DNA from: an uncultured Candidatus Saccharibacteria bacterium
Lineage (GTDB): Bacteria; Patescibacteriota; Minisyncoccia; Phycocordibacterales; UBA12088
Assembly (NCBI GenBank): GCA_964411375.1
Contig: CAYPKR010000001.1
Span: 40,227 to 104,226, forward strand
Reading direction: 5' to 3'
Length of the DNA stretch: 64,000 nucleotides
The position numbers and the translations under genes are program-made. The notes under the pieces were generated by a model. The model had not been told where the DNA came from. It saw only the letters and a list, made by a program, of their open reading frames with translations, and ran no database searches. Of this stretch, positions 57,661-64,000 are shown one piece after another (positions within the stretch are counted from its first letter, which is position 1; each line of letters begins with the position of its first letter).

Positions 57661-58188
57661 TGCGCATATCCCCTGAAGCTGCGCCAAATCCGAAGGGGAG
57701 TAGTTGCTTGCGTGCTGTTTGACGTCGAGGCAGATGTTCTCCGCAACGTCCTTACTCCCTGTATGAGATTGATCGGCATGACTTGTCTCCATACCGTCAC
57801 CGCCAAGAGCGGCACCAGTCTTTGCCTGAGTGGGAGTTGTTGGGTTCGGCGCAGCACGAGGGGCGCCCTGTGCTGCTGGGGCAGGAGGTGCGACTGGAGC
57901 GAGCCCGACAGACCGCTGTCCATTGAAAGCGCTTGCCTGCCCAAGAGCACCTCCGGTACCCTGCTTACCAGTTACATCGAGACCGAAACCGGTCCCGCTG
58001 CACTGGTATTCCGGCGGACAAAGGCTCGGGTCAGAGCCAGCCCGGACATAGGTAGCGGCATTGCGTGCGTCGCTCGGGTCAAGCAGATTTGACTGATTTC
58101 CGCTCTGGTCCACCGAAGAAGCGGCCGAGGAGCAAGCGCCGAGCGCGAGAAGTCCTAAGACTACCCAATGCTTACCTAGATTCAACAT
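57625..58188 (-). CDS. Putative lipoprotein
   Basis: MLNLGKHWVVLGLLALGAC lipobox; GGAG upstream. Confidence 0.7.
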   Translation of the reverse strand: MLNLGKHWVVLGLLALGACSSAASSVDQSGNQSNLLDPSDARNAATYVRAGSDPSLCPPEYQCSGTGFGLDVTGKQGTGGALGQASAFNGQRSVGLAPVAPPAPAAQGAPRAAPNPTTPTQAKTGAALGGDGMETSHADQSHTGSKDVAENICLDVKQHASNYSPSDLAQLQGICANLYPDTSVPNG

Positions 58189-58332
58189 GTCGAAGATCTC
58201 CATGTACACGGCTGACCGAGAGGTCAAAGCCATAGGTTTCAGAAAAACGCTTTCGGGACTATAGCATATAAAATGGTCATTTGTCAATAGCCTGCTTCCC
58301 TGCGCTAGGCGGCTAGTGGTACTATTGAACAA

Positions 58333-60000
58333 ATGTCCCAAATCCAAGAAGGCAAACAACGCGCGAGACTCGACGAAATCCGCGGTCGCGAGGAAGAAGA
58401 GCTTGCCAAAGTACTTTCAAAAAAATACGGCATCGAGTATGCCGACCTTTCGCAGCAAGTTATCGAGACTGATGCGCTTCGCCTTGTTGAGGAACAGGAA
58501 GCAAGACAAGCAGAACTCGCGACATTTCTCCGCGCCGGAAAAAAGGTGTCGATAGCGCTTCGGAGTCCAAATAATTCCTACGTCAAAGAAATTCTCGATC
58601 ATCTGAAAGAACTCGGCTACATTCTCTCAATCTACATGGTCTCACGCGCAAGCCTTGAGCGTGCGTGGTCACGGTACAAAGAAATTTCATTCGCGATGGA
58701 GACACGTGCCGGAATGCTTGATATTTCTGCAGATGAAATTCGGGAACTCATCAAAAGCATTACTACATTTCAAATCGCCCAAGCAAAAATTCGCGAAGTG
58801 CTCGGCCTGAACAAAGCACACCGACTTTCTAAAATTCTTGAATCGATTCTTGGCGCTGCGCTTGCGCTGAACGCGTCCGACGTTCATATCGAGCCGGAAG
58901 AAACGTTCGTGCGCGTGCGCGTGCGCCTCGACGGCGTTTTGACCGACTTGGTTGAATTTGATCGCGAAACATTCGGCCTTCTCGATTCACGCATCAAATT
59001 GCTCTCGGGACTGAAACTTAACGTCAAAGACGAAGGACAGGACGGAAGATTCTCCGTCAAAATTGATAATGCTGATATTGAAATCCGTACCAGCGTTATC
59101 CCAGGCGCATACGGTGAAGCGCTCGTTATGCGTATTTTGAATCCGAATTCTATTTCGGTTCCAATGGAAGAACTCGGCATGGATCCACATCTCTTGGCGA
59201 TTTTGGAAGAAGAAATTGGAAAGCCGAACGGAATGATTCTGAACACGGGTCCGACTGGTTCGGGAAAAACGACGACGCTGTACGCCTTTCTCAAAAAAAT
59301 TCACAAACCAGATATTAAGATTATTACGATTGAAGACCCGATCGAGTATCACCTGCCTGGCGTCGTACAAACTCAAACAGAAAAAGAATATACGTTTGCC
59401 TCGGGACTCCGCTCTGCACTTCGTCAAGACCCTGACGTCATCATGATCGGCGAGATCCGAGACGCGGAAGTGGCAGAAACGGCGATGCATGCCGCGCTCA
59501 CTGGTCACTTGGTGTTCTCAACACTTCACACCAATAACGCGGCGGGCGCATTCCCTCGCATGGTGGACCTCGGGATTAATCCGAAAGTGATTAGCTCGGG
59601 CGTCAATATTGTGATGGCACAGCGCCTTGTGCGAAAATTGCGCAAGGATGTCGCAAAGCAGGTACCGCTCGAAGGCAAAGAAAAAGAGTTCGTAGAGAGC
59701 GTCCTCGCTTCAATCACCAACAAAGATCTGATTCCTCCGAATCCCACGATGAAATGGGAGCCAGATGAGACTAAAGCGGAGGCAAATGCGGCATTTAGAG
59801 GTCGAATTGGTATCTTTGAAGCAATCAGAGTGGACGATGCGGTCGACCGATTGGTGGTTGGCGGCGCAAGCGAGCGAGAAATTGCCGAAGGAGTGAAGAG
59901 TCAGGGCATTCTTACGATGGTTCAGGATGGCGTCGTGAAAGTTCTTCAAGGTACGACAACGATCGCCGAATTAGGCCGCGTCCTCGATCTCGGACTGTAG
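58333..60000 (+). CDS. pilB: Type IV pilus/T2SS assembly ATPase (PilB/GspE)
   Basis: ASDVHIEP, QDGRF, GPTGSGKTTT, TIEDPIE, LRQDPDVIMIGEIRD, TGHLVFSTLH. Confidence 0.93.
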   Translation: MSQIQEGKQRARLDEIRGREEEELAKVLSKKYGIEYADLSQQVIETDALRLVEEQEARQAELATFLRAGKKVSIALRSPNNSYVKEILDHLKELGYILSIYMVSRASLERAWSRYKEISFAMETRAGMLDISADEIRELIKSITTFQIAQAKIREVLGLNKAHRLSKILESILGAALALNASDVHIEPEETFVRVRVRLDGVLTDLVEFDRETFGLLDSRIKLLSGLKLNVKDEGQDGRFSVKIDNADIEIRTSVIPGAYGEALVMRILNPNSISVPMEELGMDPHLLAILEEEIGKPNGMILNTGPTGSGKTTTLYAFLKKIHKPDIKIITIEDPIEYHLPGVVQTQTEKEYTFASGLRSALRQDPDVIMIGEIRDAEVAETAMHAALTGHLVFSTLHTNNAAGAFPRMVDLGINPKVISSGVNIVMAQRLVRKLRKDVAKQVPLEGKEKEFVESVLASITNKDLIPPNPTMKWEPDETKAEANAAFRGRIGIFEAIRVDDAVDRLVVGGASEREIAEGVKSQGILTMVQDGVVKVLQGTTTIAELGRVLDLGL

Positions 60001-60008
60001 CAAAACAA

Positions 60009-60180
60009 AAATCCGGCAGATAACCCTCTAAGCAACACTTTCAATACAAGTACTGAAAGCCGAGTGATTATTCTAAGGAGATTCCCAGTGATTCTTCTGT
60101 AGGAAGGGACCAGGAAATCCTCGAAAAATCCCCGCAGCCTTATACAGGCCTCGTCGCTTAGAGGGTTATACGCCGGATTT
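60009..60180 (-). ncRNA. Unassigned structured RNA candidate (four-way junction)
   Basis: ~26-bp closing stem plus three internal hairpins; G-U pairs and a 3' U-tract favour the minus strand. Confidence 0.5.
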
Positions 60181-60278
60181 GGCGCCGCACGTGTCCTTGG
60201 GGAAACTGAAGGACAAATAAAAATACCCGTGGTGCGGGTGCATGCGGGCTTCGAGAAAACTAGCACGAAAAGAAATAT

Positions 60279-61304
60279 ATGTCAAGCTCTACCCCCAACG
60301 CTCCCCTTGCTGACCAGTCGCTCGACCGGACACTCCGCCCGAGTTCCTGGGACGAATATATCGGACAATCTGGCACTAAGGAGAACCTTCAGATATTGCT
60401 CTCGGCGGCAAAGGAGCGTGGCCATGCTCCTGAACATCTTCTCTTCTATGGCCCCCCAGGTCTTGGAAAGACAACGTTGGCGCATTTGATTGCGCGAGAG
60501 TTAGGCGTACAGATGAAAGTTACTTCGGGCCCCGCAATCGAACGAGTCGGCGATCTTGCTGCGCTTCTTACCAACCTTTCGAAAGGTGACATTCTATTTA
60601 TTGATGAGATTCATCGATTGAATAAAGCGATTGAGGAAGTTCTCTACCCTGCGCTTGAAAGCGGCGTACTCGATATCATCATCGGTAAAGGTCCGTCAGC
60701 GCGCACCATTCAACTCGAACTCCCCCCATTCACCTTAGTTGCAGCGACAACAAAAATTTCGGGACTCTCCGCCCCGCTTCGCTCGCGTTTTTCCGGTGGC
60801 GTCTTTCGTCTCGATTTTTACACTGAAGAAGAGTTAGGAAAAATTTTACTTCGCTCATCTCGAGTACTACAAACTGAAGCGAGTTCGGATGCGATTAGAA
60901 TGATTGCAGAGCGAAGTCGCTACACTCCAAGAACCGCAAATTATCTTTTGAAACGTGCGCGTGATTTTGCACAAGTAAAAAAACTACCACTTGAAGCGGC
61001 GGCCGTTTCTGAAGCGCTTCGACTGCTTGAAATTGATGAGCTTGGTCTCACTGCCGCTGACCGTGCGGTTCTGGATATTTTAATTCGAAAATTTAATGGT
61101 GGACCTGTTGGACTCGGCACCCTTGCTGCAGCGACTAGTGAAGAAGACGGGACCATTGAAGATGTGTACGAGCCGTATCTGCTTCGATCAGGACTTATCG
61201 AGCGAACGCCACGTGGACGAGTTGCAACAAAGCGCGCATACGAACATCTTGATCTCATGGATGAATGGCGCGGACAGGAAGAGTTACCAGTATCGTCAGA
61301 ATAA
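60279..61304 (+). CDS. ruvB: Holliday junction helicase RuvB
   Basis: LRPSSWDEYIGQ, GPPGLGKTT, FIDEIHRL, EPYLL, RTPRGR. Confidence 0.98.
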   Translation: MSSSTPNAPLADQSLDRTLRPSSWDEYIGQSGTKENLQILLSAAKERGHAPEHLLFYGPPGLGKTTLAHLIARELGVQMKVTSGPAIERVGDLAALLTNLSKGDILFIDEIHRLNKAIEEVLYPALESGVLDIIIGKGPSARTIQLELPPFTLVAATTKISGLSAPLRSRFSGGVFRLDFYTEEELGKILLRSSRVLQTEASSDAIRMIAERSRYTPRTANYLLKRARDFAQVKKLPLEAAAVSEALRLLEIDELGLTAADRAVLDILIRKFNGGPVGLGTLAAATSEEDGTIEDVYEPYLLRSGLIERTPRGRVATKRAYEHLDLMDEWRGQEELPVSSE

Positions 61305-61308
61305 ATAT

Positions 61309-61839
61309 ATGTCAGGTCACAATAAGTGGAGCAAAATTAAACATAAAAAAGCAGACTCTGATGCAAAGAAAAGCAAGGAGTTTTCAAAAGTAGCGAGTTT
61401 GATCGCCGCAGAATCAAAGCGCGTGAAGGGTGATCAGACCGCAGCGACCCTTCGAGTTCTCATCGACAAAGCACGTTCAATTAATATGCCAAAAGAAAAT
61501 ATTGAACGGGCAATTTCAAAAGGCCGCGACAACCCAAACGCGTCATACGATACCGTACTCTACGAAGCATACGGTCCTGGAGGTGTTGCAATAATCATTG
61601 AAGGGGTTACGGACAATAAAAATCATGTCGCCTCAGAATTAAAGAAGGTGTTTTCAAGACACAACGTTGCACTTGCCGCTCCAGGAAGTGCCATTTGGGC
61701 ATTTACCAAAACGGAGGAAGGCTACGAGCCGAGCGTTACTGTACCGCTTGAAGACGCCGACATTGAGAAGCTAGAAAAAATTGTGGAAGAAATTGAAGAA
61801 GTACAAGATATCAATGACGTCTACACCAACGCGGAGTAA
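61309..61839 (+). CDS. YebC/PmpR family protein (short form)
   Basis: MSGHNKWSKIKHKK, YEAYGPGG, TDNKN, VYTNA. Confidence 0.93.
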   Translation: MSGHNKWSKIKHKKADSDAKKSKEFSKVASLIAAESKRVKGDQTAATLRVLIDKARSINMPKENIERAISKGRDNPNASYDTVLYEAYGPGGVAIIIEGVTDNKNHVASELKKVFSRHNVALAAPGSAIWAFTKTEEGYEPSVTVPLEDADIEKLEKIVEEIEEVQDINDVYTNAE

Positions 61840-61845
61840 TTTCTA

Positions 61846-61950
61846 GTAAAATCTCCACTTGCTTTGTTACGGAGCCTCTGCGTTTCGTTGCCGTACTATT
61901 CTATACGTCTCCTCAACGCTTTCTCCGTGCCGCGCAGGTGGAGATTTTAC
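61846..61950. repeat. MITE/REP-like structured element, copy B
   Basis: GTAAAATCTCCACTTGC / GCAGGTGGAGATTTTAC terminal inverted repeats; related to 26691-26811. Confidence 0.7.
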
Positions 61951-61984
61951 ATACGAAATTGTGATTTAAGAGTATACTTCGCTC

Positions 61985-62485
61985 ATGCGAATACTTGCGC
62001 TTGATCCCGGATACGGACGTCTCGGCATTGCCATCGTTGAAAAAAAAGAAAACAAAGAGCACGTTCTTTTCTCCGATTGCATCGAAACAAGCTCAAAGAC
62101 ACCCTTCCCTGAACGTCTACATACTCTGGGGATAGCGATTGAAGCAGCACGGAACAAATATGATCCAGGTGCGATTGCACTTGAGCGATTGTATTTCACC
62201 AACAATCAAAAAACGGCAATGCATGTGGCGGAAGTTCGCGGCATGATTATTCATCTCGCGAGTACATTCGCACTTCCAGTCTTTGAATATACGCCGGGTG
62301 AAATCAAGGTTGCCGTATCCGGAAGTGGTCGAAGTGACAAACGACAAATGATGAGCATGGTCCAAAGACTCGTCCATGTCCGAGACGGAATCAAACACGA
62401 TGACGAGTATGATGCGATTGCGGTTGGACTTACCTGTATTGCCAGTGAGCGAAATCTGTTTTTGAATGTGAAAAAGGGGGCTTGA
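61985..62485 (+). CDS. ruvC: Holliday junction resolvase RuvC
   Basis: ILALDPG, ALERLYF, EYTPGEIK, DDEYDAIAV. Confidence 0.96.
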   Translation: MRILALDPGYGRLGIAIVEKKENKEHVLFSDCIETSSKTPFPERLHTLGIAIEAARNKYDPGAIALERLYFTNNQKTAMHVAEVRGMIIHLASTFALPVFEYTPGEIKVAVSGSGRSDKRQMMSMVQRLVHVRDGIKHDDEYDAIAVGLTCIASERNLFLNVKKGA

Positions 62486-62574
62486 AAAAGATTTAGCTTC
62501 TGATACAACTATGGCAATCTTTGCCCGCAACTATTTTGAGCGAAGAGTTTATAAAAAAGTAACGTTGAAGGCAC

Positions 62575-62745
62575 ATGGTTTCGGATACTGATTTTAAATC
62601 ATTTCGAGTGTCTGATGATGACGCTGATCCAGACGGAGTAGTCTTGGGTGACGATGCGCTTCCTGAAGCGATAGATCCCCTCGAAGAGGAAGAAGGAATG
62701 GGATGGGGTTCGAAAGAAGGATCGGCGGATGACGACATGGAATAA
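62575..62745 (+). CDS. 56-aa highly acidic protein (not in ORF track)
   Basis: MVSDTDFKSFRVSDDDADPDGVVLGDDALPEAIDPLEEEEGMGWGSKEGSADDDME*, followed by a terminator. Confidence 0.65.
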   Translation: MVSDTDFKSFRVSDDDADPDGVVLGDDALPEAIDPLEEEEGMGWGSKEGSADDDME

Positions 62746-62759
62746 GCGACAATCAAACC

Positions 62760-62789
62760 AAAAAAGTGCAGGACATCCTGCGCTTTTTT
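62760..62789. terminator. Bidirectional terminator
   Basis: AAAAAAGTGCAGGA-CA-TCCTGCGCTTTTTT between convergent genes. Confidence 0.7.
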
Positions 62790-62790
62790 G

Positions 62791-63987
62791 TTAGCTAATT
62801 GTTATTTTCAAAAAACGCTGTTTACCAATACGGAGAATCATTTCTCGTTCAACATGAAGAGTGGGGTCATCCATTTTGATGCCAGCTTCTTCGGGAAGTG
62901 AGATTGCACCCTGTTCAAACAGTCGACGCGCTTCAGATTTTGATTCAATGAGTTTGCTTTCCATGAGCGCATCAAGAAGCAACGTACCTCGAGAGACGGA
63001 AACTTCCGGAATATCTGCCGGCACCTCCCCTTTTGAAAAAGTCTCTACCCAAAAATCTTCCGCATCACGCGCAGCATTTGCATCGTGATACATCGATACA
63101 ATCTCTCGTGCTAACCGCATCTTCGCGTCTTTTGGATGCTCAAGGAGGATCTCTCTAACTTCGTTCATTGGAACTCGGGTCGTGAGTTCAAAATATTCAG
63201 GGAGGAGCGAATCGGTAATACTCATTACTTTGCCGTACATGTCCCGCGATGAATCAAGAAGATTGATGACATTTCCCCAACTCGAACTCATTTTTCGTCC
63301 ATCAAGTCCAGCAATGAGCGGATTTAAAATAATATCTTGTGGTTCCTGTCCGTACTTTACTTGGAGCGGTCGACCTGCGAGCACATTAAATTTCTGATCA
63401 GTGCCACCAAGTTCGACATCTGCTTCTACCGCAACGGAATCATACCCCTGCATCAACGGGTACAAAACTTCACGAAGCGAGACACGCTTTCCTTCATCGA
63501 GTCGTTTTCGAATATTTTCACGTGCGGTAAAATCAGCGACCGAAAAAAGATCTGCGTGTTCGCCAATTTCACGATACGAAAGATTTTCAAGCCATTCACT
63601 GTTATAGCGAAGCTCGACTTTTGAAAGATCGAGAATCTTCCCCGCCTGATCAAAATAGCTTTGCTTGTTTTTTTCAATAATTTCTCGCTCGAGCATCGGC
63701 CGTTCGCTGTCTTTGTCGGACGTGTCCCCAATAACTGCAGTAAAATCGCCAACAATAAGAACAACTTGGTGTCCGAGTTCTTGAAAATCTCGAAGCTTCA
63801 GGAGCGGAATCGAGCGGCCAATATGGAGATTGGGGCTGGTTGGGTCAATTCCAAGCTTCACCCGAAGACGCTTGCCCTCACGGAGCTTCTTCTCGAGGGA
63901 GTCTTTCTGTATCACTTCAGCAACACCACGCGTAAGGAGTTCTGCTATTTTTCCGTCATCAGTATTGATTTCCCCGCCGATTTTCAT
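62791..63987 (-). CDS. tyrS: Tyrosyl-tRNA synthetase
   Basis: GIDPTSPNLHIG, YPLMQGYDS, GGTDQKFN, KMSSS, S4-like tail. Confidence 0.97.
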   Translation of the reverse strand: MKIGGEINTDDGKIAELLTRGVAEVIQKDSLEKKLREGKRLRVKLGIDPTSPNLHIGRSIPLLKLRDFQELGHQVVLIVGDFTAVIGDTSDKDSERPMLEREIIEKNKQSYFDQAGKILDLSKVELRYNSEWLENLSYREIGEHADLFSVADFTARENIRKRLDEGKRVSLREVLYPLMQGYDSVAVEADVELGGTDQKFNVLAGRPLQVKYGQEPQDIILNPLIAGLDGRKMSSSWGNVINLLDSSRDMYGKVMSITDSLLPEYFELTTRVPMNEVREILLEHPKDAKMRLAREIVSMYHDANAARDAEDFWVETFSKGEVPADIPEVSVSRGTLLLDALMESKLIESKSEARRLFEQGAISLPEEAGIKMDDPTLHVEREMILRIGKQRFLKITIS

Positions 63988-64000
63988 CTGCTCACTCTAG

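Noticed and set aside
1-64000. CRISPR array or alternative genetic code (TGA recoding)
   Set aside because: No regularly spaced repeat-spacer run was seen; conserved genes are full length in code 11 and several end in TGA

Overview
A 64-kb stretch of a streamlined bacterial genome in the standard genetic code, most likely Patescibacteria/CPR (Parcubacteria-like). This placement is an inference from secE-nusG-rplK having no rplA behind it, a short YebC, type IV pilus genes and tRNA-Arg(GCG). The backbone carries housekeeping genes (ileS partial, argS, glyA, thyA, dcd, folA, typA, rplS, pilMNO, pilB, ruvABC, ruvX, murE, polA, holA, tsaE, tyrS) and eight tRNAs. A ~17.3-kb serine-recombinase island (about 27131-44472) sits next to tRNA-Ser. 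It encodes a STAND/NACHT-nuclease defence candidate, two DNA methyltransferases, a terminase pair without portal or capsid genes, a B12 salvage plus class II RNR operon, and ArsR-nirK. The most unusual signals are non-coding. (1) A free-standing ~115-nt RNA with its own predicted promoter and terminator reproduces the 23S rRNA L1 stalk (H76-H78) with compensatory base changes, inside a tRNA cluster. (2) Several tRNAs are followed by tRNA-specific antisense trailer elements with a shared architecture. (3) There is a probable 6S RNA and an unassigned four-way-junction RNA. All calls come from manual reading of the sequence; no database searches were run.
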